Assembly: GCA_950097015.1 (NCBI GenBank)
Contig: CATNEN010000001.1
Location: 5,580,001-5,644,000, forward strand
Source: Macrostomum hystrix
Lineage: Eukaryota > Animalia > Platyhelminthes
Length of the DNA: 64,000 nt
Direction: 5' to 3'
A model generated the notes under the pieces. The model was not told the DNA's origin. It was given only the letters and a program-made list of their open reading frames with translations, and made no database searches. A program made the translations under genes and the position numbers. This document shows positions 23,507 to 36,139 of this stretch, piece after piece. Position 1 is the stretch's first letter, and every line of letters begins with the position of its first letter.

Positions 23507-26500
23507 TTAGTCAGAGCGAAACGATCGACTCTGCACTGGGGCTCCAAGCACTGGCTGCTGCTCCAACAGAACGGAACTCCACAGACCGCTGAACCTGGTG
23601 AGTTGGTGCGTTGGTGGCATGGTGAGTTGGTGGCTTGGCGAGTTGGTGGCTTGGCGAGTTGGTGGCTTGGCGAGTTGGTGGCTTGGCGAGTTGGTGGCTT
23701 GGTGAGTTGGTGGCTTGGTGAGTTGGTGGCTTGGCGAGTTGGTGGCTTGGCGAGTTGGTGGCTTGGTGAGTTGGTGGCTTGGCGAGTTGGTGGCTTGGCG
23801 AGTTGGTGGCATGGTGAGTTGGTGGCTTGGTGAGTTGGTGGCTTGGCGAGTTGGTGGCTTGGCGAGTTGGTGGCTTGGTGAGTTGGTGGCATGGTGAGTT
23901 GGTGGCTTGGCGAGTTGGTGGCTTGGTAAGTTGGTGGCTTGGCGAGTTGGTGGCTTGGTGTCTTGGTGGCTTGGTGAGTTGGTGGCTTGGTGAGTTGGTG
24001 GCTTGGTGAGTTGGTGGCTTGGCGAGTTGGTGGCTTGGCGAGTTGGTGGCTTGGCGAGTTGGTGGCTTGGCGAGTTGGTGGCTTGGCGAGTTGGTGGCTT
24101 GGTAAGTTGGTGGCTTGGTGAGTTGGTGGCTTGGCGAGTTGGTGGCTTGGTAAGTTGGTGGCTTGGCGAGTTGGTGGCTTGGCGAGTTGGTGGCTTGGTG
24201 AGTTGGTGGCTTGGTGAGTTGGTGGCTTGGCGAGTTGGTGGCTTGGCGAGTTGGTGGCTTGGCGAGTTGGTGGCTTGGCGAGTTGGTGGCTTGGCGAGTT
24301 GGTGGCTTGGTAAGTTGGTGGCTTGGCGAGTTGGTGGCTTGGCGAGTTGGTGGCTTGGTAAGTTGGTGGCTTGGCGAGTTGGTGGCTTGGCGAGTTGGTG
24401 GCTTGGCGAGTTGGTGGCTTGGTAAGTTGGTGGCTTGGCGAGTTGGTGGCTTGGTGAGTTGGTGGCTTGGTAAGTTGGTGGCTTGGCGAGTTGGTGGCTT
24501 GGTGAGTTGGTGGCTTGGCGAGTTGGTGGCTTGGTGTCTTGGTGGCTTGGTGTCTTGGTGGCTTGGTGAGTTGGTGGCTTGGTGGCTTGGTGTCTTGGTG
24601 GCTTGTTGAGTCGGTTGGTCAGTAAGTTGGTGGGTCAGTCAGTATGTAGGAAGGCCAGTAGGCTGAAGGTCAGCAGGTTTGCGAGTGACTCAGTGAAATT
24701 GGTCACAAATTGGTCGGCTTGCGGTAAAGAAGATTATGCTGAATAACTGAGCTGGTGGATCTAACGGCAAACTGTTTTAGCTGTCTGCACTGCACTTATT
24801 AACTAATTTCAATTTAATTAATTTTGAAACTTACAAACTTCGCACCGCGGTCGCAATTCTTCCAGTTTGATTTGACGACTTTACAGTGTGTTGCTGTTGC
24901 TGCTGCTGCATCAGTGGCAGCTCACGGACACTCTCCTGAGTCTGTTCCTTTCGTCTCATCTGATCCAGTCGTGCCGCAGCCCGCAGACAATCGGCTCGTC
25001 GCATCGCGTCCTGAAGTTCAATTAATCGCTCCTTATAGGCATTGCGCTCCATCAACAGTCGAGTGACTTCAACTCGGTTGATGACTGATGCTTCAGCAAC
25101 TCCAACATCTAACTGCTCAGTTTGAGTAGAGTTCTCAACTGATGACGAGGAACAATTGGCGCTCAGGGCTGTCGCATCGGATTCTTGCTGGGCTTCTAGC
25201 CGGCGAATTTGACTCAGCAGATTGTAGTTCTCGCTGAAACATATTTGGTTAGGAGATATCTGATCCTTGTGCATCATGTGATGTCTGATGTGGTGTCTAT
25301 GGCTGATTGCTAAGTACACGTAGAATAATATGTGGAATGATTGTCACTGGTTCAGTGGGCTAAATGATCAATGGGTTCTTGGGTCAGTAGTTTTATGAGT
25401 CAGTAGGTTAATGAGTCAGTAGTTTAGGTTAATGGGTCAGTAGTTTAGGTTAATGGGTCAGTAGTTAAGGTTAATGGGTCAGTAGTTTAGGTTAATGGGT
25501 CAGTAGGTTAATGGGTCAGTAGGTTAATGGGTCAGTAGGTTAATGGGTCAGTAGGTTAATGGGTCAGTAGGTTAGTGGGTCAGTAGGTTAGTGGGTCAGT
25601 AGGTTAATGGTTCAGTAGGTTAATGGGTCAGTAGGTTAGTGGGTCAGTAGGTTAATGGGTCAGTAGGTTAGTGGGTCAGTAGGTTAGTGGGTCAGTAGGG
25701 TAATGGGTCAGTAGGTTAATGGGTCAGTAGGTTAATGAGTCAGTAGGTAAATGGGTTGTAAATGAGTAGGTCAGTAGCCTATTAAGTCAGATGTCACTGT
25801 GTGCCAATTGGTCGTATTCGGTAAGAAATTGGACAGAAATTATTCATGTAGATAAAAATCTTACCACTCCAGATAGCTGATTCGAGACGAAAATTTGTCT
25901 TTTTGTATCTGAAGCTCTCTACTGAAATTTGAGTAGTATATGATAAATGCGCAATATGAAAAATTCAATCAGCAAAAAACAAATTAATAAGTCGATACAA
26001 CACAAACCAAAACCCACACAGAATCCTGCAGTCGGGAAATCTCTTTTGTCAAACGTTCAACTTGTCGTTCACTTTGCTTGTAAGCTTCACTATCTGAAGA
26101 ATTATCAATAATGAGTATCAGACGATATGTATCGAAAAAATGCTTGTCTATAATTATTTACCTGTTGAAGCCGATGTTGACGCCTCCTCTAAGCGTCTGG
26201 CTAGTCGTCGGCGCGTTTCAACCTCGCTGGCAATGGTTCGTCGAAAGGATTCACGCTCCTCGAGCATCGCCTCGTCGGCCGCGGCCAGGCGAGCCTCGGC
26301 TTGTCGCCTGACGCGAGACTCTCGCTCCAATTGGCTGGCGAATTCGGCGCGCGTTGACTCTAAATTGGAGCGCAGTTCCGATTGGCTGACTAGGGCAGAT
26401 TCCAGAGACTCGAGAGCGCAAACAACAAGGGGCATAAGACCGCACACTGCATCCTCATCATACCTGTTGGTCAGTGCAGTCAGGTCCTTATATATGCTTG

Positions 26501-26708
26501 TAGCAAGTAAATTAAATTATCATAATTTATAGAGAAACGTAAACTATAGAAATAAAAAAACTGTCACACACTTTTGAACTATTCTCGAAAATTCGGCATA
26601 AATGCTAGTTGCTAAGTTTTGCACACAGTCAGACAAAGCAGTGCCACTTGATGAATGCTGCTGCTGTTGCTGCACCAAAGCTTCCATTGATGACTGTTGA
26701 GTGTACAT
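23507..26708 (-). CDS. short JIP3/JIP4 (UNC-16/Sunday driver)-like adaptor with RH1, coiled coil and RH2; 6 exons, about 352 aa, no WD40 domain
   Basis: Exons 26708-26572, 26463-26162, 26093-26018, 25921-25865, 25233-24835, 23594-23507; phases are consistent and total 1059 nt. RH1: LSDCVQNLATSIYAEFSRIVQKYDEDAVCGLMPLVVCALESL. RH2: RVEVTRLLMERNAYKERLIELQDAMR, then VRSLFSGLWSS (cf. IWQFFSRLFSS). Confidence 0.85.
23596..24605. repeat. 16-bp minisatellite (GAGTTGGTGGCTTGGY)n in the last intron of the JIP-like gene
   Basis: Directly visible; abuts the splice acceptor at 23595-23596. Confidence 0.97.
25380..25755. repeat. 16-bp minisatellite (GGGTCAGTAGGTTART)n in intron 4 of the JIP-like gene
   Basis: Directly visible. 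Confidence 0.95.
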
Positions 26709-28029
26709 GGAGATGAAAATAGGTTCTGAAAATGAATAGCAAAATTAATATTGTACTTGAATTACTTAATTTAAATTCCTTACAGAAAATAGGCATGATC
26801 TTTAGGCTTTTATTTCATAACAAACTTCTTTAGTTTTACAGTTGCTGGAATAAAACATTAACGCAGATAGTAAATAAGGACAATGCTATTTTCGTAAATA
26901 ATTTTGTCAAACTAAATGAAGAGGAAATATATATTTGTAGTCATATCAATTTTGTTTCATTAAAAATAATAAGTGTGAACCTTAGGTCTGTCAAAGAAAA
27001 TAGTTTATTTTTTAATTAATCAAATCAGCAATATATAGATATCATAAGTATGAATTTATCAAAGAAATTATCAAAGCACAAGTCATAGTGCAAGCATAAT
27101 TTGTCATTTTTTAATTTTAATTTGAAATAAACTGCAAAATCTCGTTTAGATGGATTACATCAAAAGAAGTGTACATTAATCATAAAAAATATGCTTTTAT
27201 TTTTTCAAACAAAAATATTAAGCTTATTACCTTGGTCGTGCTTTATATTCTGATACGGTGTGTCGTCTTCGGTTCAACAGTTGGACCATGATTTTTTGGA
27301 CTAAAGTGTTTAAAACGTGATTTTTTTTAAGTTCTAAGAATAAGATGAGTTTAAATTTCTGCGATACGATCATGTGATTACGTTTCAAAAGCCGTTCAGA
27401 TCAGAAGCTTGAATTATAATGTATAGATTGCACACCGATAGAACTTGTGTAAAAGCTACCTTTAAGTCTGGTCTGGAAGTATGAGACTTTTTTTATTCAA
27501 AATATACGCACAGTATAATAGTTTCTCTAATTTTCACCACATGAATACTATAAAGATATTATATATTTAGTTGAGCTCGAGTTTGCTTGTACCGTAGCTT
27601 ACTGTGTAGGCTTGTTGTTTGGCGTATATTGATAAAAAAATTCCGATATCTCTCAAAGCTATCGAGCAATTTTACTTTTTATTTTGAAAAATTAAATTTA
27701 ATTTTAACTTAAAACAATATCAATCAATGTAATGTACATTAATTTGTCTAGTAGAATTCCAAGTCCTTCCAAATATCGTAGACCTGCCAATAAAAAAAGA
27801 AAGGATGGCATTGGCCAAGGACTACTTAATAGTAATATAAAAAATATAATATACTGCTATTATTTTTACTAATATGAAAATACTATAACTCTAATTGTAT
27901 ATAAAGTATTATAGTACTATGAAGTAGACCTTAGGATTGGCACATCATTTGATTCGACCCGGAGCAATATAATTCCGTTCGTTCAACTGCGATGTCGGCC
28001 GTACCACACACTTCGTACACAGATACCGT

Positions 28030-28180
28030 ACGCAGGGCACACAATCATACAGGAATGTACACGTACATCTGTCTGAGTTTCTCATCTAATTCTGGCTGTG
28101 TATTGTCAATCGTATCTTCGGGGTTGACCCTCAAGGGGCGTAAATTGTACAACAAGCCCCCTTACCTTCTCGACCTCTAG
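28030..28180 (-). mobile_element. decayed SINE family B fragment
   Basis: GTTGACCCTCAAGGGGCGTAAATTGTACAACAAGCCCCCTTACCTTCTC matches GTTGGCCCTCAAGGGCGTAAATTGCACGACAAGCCCCCAACCTTCTC at about 43679. Confidence 0.7.
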
Positions 28181-28615
28181 AGTATAGCTCACCTGTTCTA
28201 AGTCCGAAGCTCAACCTTTAATTTAAAAAAGGACTTTAATTAAGAATAGCCAATAAAGCCATTTCTTTAATTGTCCTGCGATTGTTTCTCCCTGTAGCAG
28301 CTAGTAAAAGCGCGGCTTAAAATCTTAATCGCGAGAACGTGGAAACCAATTCGAGCGTATACTGCAACGGAAGCAAAGTAGACGACTATATACTCGTATC
28401 TATATGTAAAGACTTTAACTTGCTACTTGCTGAAGTAGTAATTAAGCAAATAGACAATAGTTAAAACCTTCTGAAACTAAAAATGCAGAACAAAATTATA
28501 AAAAAGACGATTTTCATATCAGGCAATCATATGATATGACGTATAGCCCATGTCAGTCAACTGAACTTTGTGAGCACAGTTCCCAGGACAATCATCGTAT
28601 ATACGATGACTACCA

Positions 28616-29019
28616 CGCCACTACCACATGGGGCGCCACTACCACATGGGGCGCCACTACCACATGGGGCGCCACTACCACATGGGGCGCCACTACCACA
28701 TGGGGCGCCACTACCACATGGGGCGCCACTACCACATGGGGCGCCACTACCACATGGGGCGCCACTACCACATGGGGCGCCACTACCACATGGGGCGCCA
28801 CTACCACATGGGGCGCCACTACCACATGGGGCGCCACTACCACATGGGGCGCCACTACCACATGGGGCGCCACTACCACATGGGGCGCCACTACCACATG
28901 GGGCGCCACTACCACATGGGGCGCCACTACCACATGGGGCGCCACTACCACATGGGGCGCCACTACCACATGGGGCGCCACTACCACATGGGGCGCCACT
29001 ACCACATGGGGCGCCACTA
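28616..29019. repeat. perfect 18-bp minisatellite (CGCCACTACCACATGGGG) x about 22
   Basis: No variant units seen. Confidence 0.98.
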
Positions 29020-29207
29020 TTAGGGGACGCAACTACTTCGTATTAGGGGATCTGAAGAATCAATCCGATATGATTTTTAATACCGTGTTTAGTTGAAATT
29101 GGATGGCCTTGTTGAAGTTAGTTGAACTAAAAAACGAAAGTATCTGAATTAAAGTCAAATCTTTTTTACTGATATATATCATATGTATTGCGGATGTGCA
29201 GATGTAT

Positions 29208-29393
29208 AAATGTGCGGAATTGCAGAATTGACTCCGCAACCCTCCTGCATTGGTATCTTTGGCATTGGTATTTATTGGTATTTATTTACCATTATGTTTA
29301 CCATTATGTATACCATATATACCAATATATACCAATATACAAAGATACCAATGCAGGAGGGTTGCGGAGTCAATACTGCAATTCCGCACATTT
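29208..29393. repeat. long inverted repeat (hairpin or MITE-like), 54-bp arms
   Basis: 29208-29261 AAATGTGCGGAATTGCAGAATTGACTCCGCAACCCTCCTGCATTGGTATCTTTG pairs with 29340-29393 with one mismatch. Confidence 0.92.
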
Positions 29394-30510
29394 CGCTGAC
29401 TTCTGCAGATCACACGCACACAGTACAGTACGCAGGCAAAAGCTCAAACAATGACACAGGTGTGTACATCTGCCCTGACAATGTTCAATTGTTGCCCTGA
29501 CAATTTGCAATTGATGCAAATGCGTTATAGACGGCTCTACCTTTCATGCATCCACTCATTCCTCATTCTCTTTTTTCTCTATTTTTACTAATCACCCTCC
29601 ATTCTATTGTAGCTCTGTAACATTGGTATTGCTATTCTATTTTTAACAATTAATAAAAAACGAAAACGCTGTGCTATCGCTGTTACTATAGGTAACGTAA
29701 ACTTAATGCGAAAAGAGCTAGAAGACGTGTTCGTAGACGAGGTCCTAATGTTTGTGCGAGGAAAATTCTCTACTAAGGGGATGGAAAAATGGGATGTTCG
29801 TAGGTATACAAAGGTACTCGTACATATCACGCTATATAGCGAGTTATATGATATAGGATTCAAAACCTGGTTTTGAGTGCTTAAGTGTCTTTGCGAATAA
29901 GAATGCCATATAAACATTTAAGAAAGAAAAGCAGGTATTTAGATGTATTGCTTTTGTCGTGCTATGTGGAACAGAAGGCTCCATTTGATTTAGCAGCGTT
30001 TGGCTAAGGTGGTCGAAAAATTCATTTACTGCGTTTGTCCACCTTTATGAATTACAGAGAATGCACCAACCCGAACTCCGACGAAATTGTCATGCGAACC
30101 GTTACGTTATGACCCCTCTGCTTTGTCACCGTGCGTTTTACTGGGTGCATCCTCGAGTCGACCTGTCCTGCGACCTCCGGGTCTACAAGTTGAAACCGGT
30201 CTCATTTAAGTACACAATTTACCAATATTGATACGTGCCGAGACGTTTCACCTCGTTTCAGCCCGAGCAGTATATCCCTATTAGTGTTGTAGTTAGCGGG
30301 TGTGAAACGCGTTTCACGGCCCGCTGAGACTTTCTATGGTAAAATCGCACTGACTTCTATGCTTTCAGTCGGTTAGCCCGGTAAGAGTGTCGATGGAAAA
30401 AATACAGCGTGGGACCAGTAACCACGATGAGTAAAGATTGCATGGCCTATTCACTTCAGTAAAACTGTAAGAATACTGTCTTACCCAACTGCTGAAACTT
30501 AGGTGAACTG

Positions 30511-30816
30511 TTGGCCAAGGCCGGTTTAGATAATCAAGCGATTACACTAATGACGGGACACAAGAATTCGAGCTCAGTGGATGTATACAAGCGGCGAGAC
30601 ATAGACTGTCTGGCCCGAATGAGCGCTTGTCTGGCTGCCTATGGGTCCAAAGTCACCAAGATTGACGACGATGCGGAGTCCACCATCGAAAGTGTGACGA
30701 CTGGGTCTGATAGAGGCGAGCTGAAGAAAGCACCCGAGGGCGGCCAAGTGGACCTGCCGAGAATCCTCTGTGGTGGTCAGTTCCACAACTACACGTTCAA
30801 CTTTTACGGAACGTAA
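30511..30816 (+). mobile_element. C-terminal fragment of a Crypton-like tyrosine recombinase
   Basis: AGLDNQAITLMTGHKNSSSVDVYKR fits the tyrosine-recombinase box II pattern (GH...Y). The terminal FHNYTFNF resembles Crypton C-termini. No upstream part is recognisable. Confidence 0.6.
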
Positions 30817-31439
30817 AACAAGTGATTCGATCGGTTTGTTCTTACGAACTTTTTGTGACAATGAAATACTTTCGCCGGGTTGCTATTGTTGTTCCTTGTT
30901 TTGATGGCCAAATACATTCGTCTGAAATCCGGCAACAATCGAAAAAAAACAATTAAAGGATTAATGTGATGCAGCATATAACTCACTATAATTTATATAA
31001 ACACATGTTTTGACGTGACTCATCCTTGCCCATATGTAAATAACGTCCCTTACACTTGCATAGCGTCTCCCAAAGCTTAGTTAATTGGCGTTTTTTCTCT
31101 CAATTTTGCAGTCCTCTCTGACACTGTCTTTATTTTCTAATTCTGGACAATCTAAGCATGCAGCTAGTTACAGTAGCTGAATCCCATAAACAGCCTGAAT
31201 AATGTTTGCAACTTGACGGATTCAGTCACAACATGGAGGAGTTCAAAACACTCACACTGGGCAATATGGTGCCAGGCAAACGATTCCTAAGCCAGTCAAA
31301 GCTCACTAAACGCTCACCACCAGGAAGAAACTCAGGATATCACCGTCACAGCTGTTCCCACAAACGAGCCACTACTTTTCGTTTTAGCTAGGATTTGGCT
31401 TTCAATGAGTGGACGTCAAAACACAGGACGTCGCACAGA

Positions 31440-31900
31440 ATGGCATGTGCGTGTTGTTTTGCAAGAACCATTGTAGTGAAACCCGAAGGCTTCACGCCGG
31501 AGCGCTGCATGTGAGGCGTCCAACTGCCGCTCCGGTCAGGGTCCACGTGTAGGAGTTACATGGGAGCACGGTCTCGATCACGGCCTGATACAACCGCCCC
31601 CCCTCAGCTTGTCTGGAAGCGCAGGGCACTGCAGTATTGTTTGCCAGCTCCCCAGGCCAGTGCTCTGCGCCATGCGATGTCGTCCTGCACGCTTGGAACC
31701 AGGCCGTCTAGGTAGACAAACTCCGTGCAGGGCCATGCACTTGCCCACTCGAGTCACGGCAGCGGATCTCAGCAGGTAGGTCCGTCGGCACCGTCAGCAC
31801 CATCGTGTTTTTCGGGCGTTCGCATACAGCCCGACAGCTGTCGCGGCCGTCAGCTCGCTTGGCTGCAGCATGGTTGACTGTCGTCAAACGATTAGCGCCA
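31440..31900 (-). mobile_element. decayed non-LTR retrotransposon (RTE-like) RT/thumb fragment
   Basis: Frameshifted pieces read by hand: VGLYANARKT, EFVYLDGLVPSVQDDIAWRRALAWGA, RLYQAVIETVLPCNSYTWTLT. Confidence 0.75.
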
Positions 31901-32991
31901 GTGCCCATCGTCCCCTGCTGCCAGAGCCGAGACAACTTCAGAGGCTTGACGACTGATCTGTTCTTGCGGCCGAAACGTTTAATAACTAATCATAATTCAA
32001 ATTCGGCTCGAAGCTATAATTCTACCATCGCGACATCAGCCGCCACTCTCTATCACCGATAATGAGTCAAACCACGAATTTGTGTATCAGCGCGACCGTC
32101 AAGAACATCCTCGACATTAGTTTGCCATCAAAGTAGCACCGCTGCTCTACCTCTTTGACCGTGTCTTTTGAATGTACGAGCGTACAGGTAAAGCATTTAA
32201 AAAAAATATTTGTAAAAAACTATTAATACAATCTACCCTGACAATCCTGCCGCTGCTTTTTGCTGTAATTTTAGTTTTACTCAACTAGCTCGTACACAGT
32301 TCAAATGTAGAGAATTTTTTGCTGCGCACTTATGCAATGCAATGCACACTTGACAAAATATTAAGCATTGCCAATTGTAAAAAATGTACGTCATTCATCA
32401 TCGCGTCTCAATTAATTTCCGGCAAATCCAAGGCTAACCCATGGCTAGCCCGTATGAAACACAAGAATTGATATTTGACTGTACTGTTGGAGGGCTGCAG
32501 CCCATTTTTTAGATATTGTGTTGTTATATAGAATTTCGCCTACTAAACAAGAGGTTTCTGCTTACGTCCAACATGGCTACAGCCGCCAACTGTAGCGCTG
32601 CTAAGAATACGGTAATATTTTGCGCTTGAAGCGTAATATCCTACTAAGTAGAAATGCGCGAATCTTTTCGGATTTTTTGTTTTAGGACAACCTTAGGGAG
32701 TCGTTGGTTGGGCGCCTAAGTTCCAATGCGGCATGGTAAAAATTAGGCATAAACCTCGTCCAGCAACGAAAAATTGTAAAAAATTTCCAATGTATATTAA
32801 TTGCTCGAAATAAAAAAAAAATTCGAACCATAAAAATTAAAGCCTTGCAAAACGCAAATGTTTTGTTTTACTTGTCAAACATACATGGTCTGTACGTTTA
32901 AGCGCAACATATTTAAATAAATATTGTTTTTGTATAGTTTATAAGAATATCCAATCAAACCTGCAAACAACTGAAACAGTACGAGCTCATT

Positions 32992-35165
32992 ATGTCTTCA
33001 TTAGGCATTCTGAAAGCTATTATGATTACAGCTATGCTGTCTTTTTCAGCTATAATAAGGTAAATGGACACCTTTAAAGCCCGAAAGGCGAAAGGGCTTA
33101 GACTAAGAGAAACTAAGATAGGATAGGATGACTGCTGTGTTACAGAAACTGTAATTTTAGTATGGGCTGTCACCAGACTACTGGTAGATTGCTGTCTACA
33201 GCATATTATGTAATTACAGTATGGGCTGTCAGTAGATACTGGTTGATTGCTGTTTACAGCATATGTAATTACAATATGTGCTGTCAGTAGACTACTGGTT
33301 GATATTTCTGTAACTATTATGTTACAGAAATTGTAATTACAGTATGTGCTGTCACTAGATACTGGTTGATTGCTGTTTACAGTATATGTAATTACAATGT
33401 GCTGTCACTAGACTATTGATTGATTGCTGTTTACAGCATATGTAATTACAATATGTGCTGTCAGTAGACTACTGGTTGATTCTTATGTTACAGAAATTGT
33501 AATTACAGTATGTGCTGTCACTAGATACTGGTTGATTGCTGTTTACAGCATATGTAATTACAATGTGCTGTCACTAGACTATTGATTGATTGCTGTTTAC
33601 AGCATATGTAATTACAGTATGTGCTGTCACTAGACTACTTGTTGATTTTATTTTACAGAAATTGTAATTACTGTATGTGTGGCTTGTAGGATTCTGATTC
33701 TTAGCAGTGTTACAGCACTTGTAACTACAGAATGATGTATTTAGTAGACTACTGGTTGACTGCTATCTATAGCATATAATTACAGTATGTGCTGTCAATA
33801 GATACTAGTTAATTGTTATGTTTCAGAAATTGTAATTACTGTATGTGTGGCTTGTAGGATCTGATTCTTAGCAGTGTTACAGCTTGTAACTACAGAATGA
33901 TGTATTAGTAGACTACTGGTTGATTGCAGTGGCATGTGTTACAGAGAGGCTACTGTACGGTTAATTGCTAGAGTAATTTATAGTGATATCAGACCCATTA
34001 TCAACTGTTTCTAATACGTATTCGAATGGTTAAATAGTTATTACACTCTTACAACTCAAAAACATTTCATTGGCAGCGCAAATGCGAGTCCTGAACCTGT
34101 GCACTGTTTCGATGACGAAGACCGCAACTATGCCGTCGATGGGGAGCGCGAACTCCGATTTGACTTCCTAAAGAAATCCCCAAATAGTTCTTGGTGCGCT
34201 TGGGAACTGAAAATCAAGAGGGCTACAGTTCTGAGAATCAAGCCAACTGACATCCTCGTACAGGGATTCCGGCAAAACGGCTGTTCGTTGATCGTCGAGC
34301 ACAGTAAATATATGATCGACCAGCGGTCTACATGTTATTTTCTCGTAGACCAAAATTATAAAGAAAAATTCCCTTTTTAGAGACTGATGGACAAAACTTC
34401 TCATTAAACTCGTACATACGCAAATCTGATGGCGCTAAGTTTCCCGTGATGCGGTAATGTACCTTGATAAAGCTTATTATTTATGTTCCGTATATTTAAA
34501 GGAAAATTACATTTGACTTTGAAACGGTTTTAAATGATAATGCTTCCAGATTTGACACATTGAGAATCATCGCGATCTGCAACAACTATACGGCTTTCAG
34601 TGGATCGGTCCTGATTTTAGTCAATCAGGAAAACGATGTGCTGAGCAAAAACAACACTACAGTTTCCCCAGGCTCGACAACGCAAGTCACGAACAGCACA
34701 GCAAAGGACAATCCTCACATGAAATGGCTTAGCTTACTGCTGATGATTCCTGCTATAATCGGCCTGCTGCTGCTAGTGAAATACCGGAGAAATATTATAC
34801 GACATAGGAACAACTTTATGAATGGGAGAAATCCAGCAAGTGAACGACGCAATCATGGCGACGTCAATGCGCGGCGAGAATCAATGCCTCTAACTGCCAA
34901 TGAGAGAGGTGCTGTCTCTGCCGCTCGGAACGGTGCCACAGAAGATGCTCTGAATGGTGTGGTCTCTGCCGCTCGGAACGGTGCCACAGAAGATGCTCTG
35001 AATGGTACTGTCTCTGCCGCTCGGAACGGTGCCACAGAAGATGCTCTGAATGGTGCTGTCTCTGCCGCTCGGAACGGTGCCACAGAAGATGCTCTGAATG
35101 GTGCTGTCTCTGCCGCTCGGAACGGTGCCACAGGATATTATCCACCTGACTCAATGCAACTATGA
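32992..35165 (+). CDS. orphan type I single-pass membrane protein, 4 exons, about 327 aa
   Basis: Exons 32992-33059, 34077-34303, 34381-34453, 34550-35165; phases 2,1,2 are consistent and total 984 nt. Signal-peptide-like MSSLGILKAIMITAMLSFSAIISANA, a 4-Cys ectodomain (CAWELK, possibly CUB-like), an N-glycosylation/Thr-rich stalk, TM WLSLLLMIPAIIGLLLLV followed by KYRR, and a repetitive cytoplasmic tail. Confidence 0.8.
33150..33930. repeat. degenerate 50-55 bp tandem repeat (GTAATTACAGTATGTGCTGTCACTAGATACTGGTTGATTGCTGTTTACAGCATAT-like) in intron 1 of the membrane-protein gene
   Basis: Recurrent units visible. Confidence 0.88.
34908..35133 (+). repeat. 48-bp coding tandem repeat (GAVSAARNGATEDALN x about 4.7)
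   Basis: Near-identical in-frame DNA units inside the last exon. Confidence 0.93.
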
Positions 35166-36139
35166 TTGAGTAGCAGCTTTTTAATTGAAAACAGAAGGCT
35201 TCATGCCAGAAACATTTGTGAATTGTGACGGCTGATGACAAACACAAATTGTTCAATGTTCAATGTTCAATTATCCAGAAGCGCGCAATTCGTTGGGGCC
35301 TTGTAATAAAAAAATTAATTAATTATCATTTGCGCGCGAATAATGTTATTTTTACTCATATGTATAACTTAAGTATATATTTAATATATATATTATACTC
35401 AACATTATACATTTAGGATATCATTACGAGAAACAACTTCAATCGCCGAAAGTGACACTGACAAATAGGCGTGCGGTCAGTTATTCTATTTACATTCTTT
35501 CAAACTCTAAAATGGAACCTCGTTAGCTACAAAACGTGCATCATTCGTTAAGACATTTTCTGTGACGGTACGGTACATACATATTTTGTTTGTCTTAAGT
35601 GCTCCTGGGAATTTATTATTCAAATCCTTTTCCGTTTGAACTTTGTTCTTTTTTCAAAGGTCTATGACAAACTTTGAATGAGAATCTCTTTCGCACAGCT
35701 TTAGCTGTGTTGGAAATAAATTGTCGATAGAAATGCTTCTGATATAGCAAAAATCGTTTATGATATTATTTCATTTTTATGCATCACGATACAGTTGAGA
35801 TATCCATGACTTAAAAAATTCTGTACTTTTTATGGCTTGTTGCTTGTTTAACAGTAGGACTACCAAACCATTTGCCGCCAATTTTTCTACCAAGAGGGGG
35901 GATTCCCCGGCCCCCACCTCCATTCTTGGCAGCGCCCCAATGCTAACAGCTTTAAGTGGTGACTGATTGGTTCACAGACTACGCGATGGTATCGTGTGGT
36001 TGAGCTGCGTCTGATACGAGTATTTAGGCTTGATCAGTGAAATTGGAGAAATTCGTGTCAGGGTGTCCATATAGTGGCCTAGTTCCACCTGTTGTAGCCG
36101 TTGAAGGTCAAGCAGGCAGCAGTCGGCCGTCAAGATAAA

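Noticed and set aside
25380-25755. Telomere-like TTAGG/GGGTTA content here and in the 14050 array
   Set aside because: There is no run of (TTAGGG)n; the motifs are only parts of longer 16- or 18-bp units.
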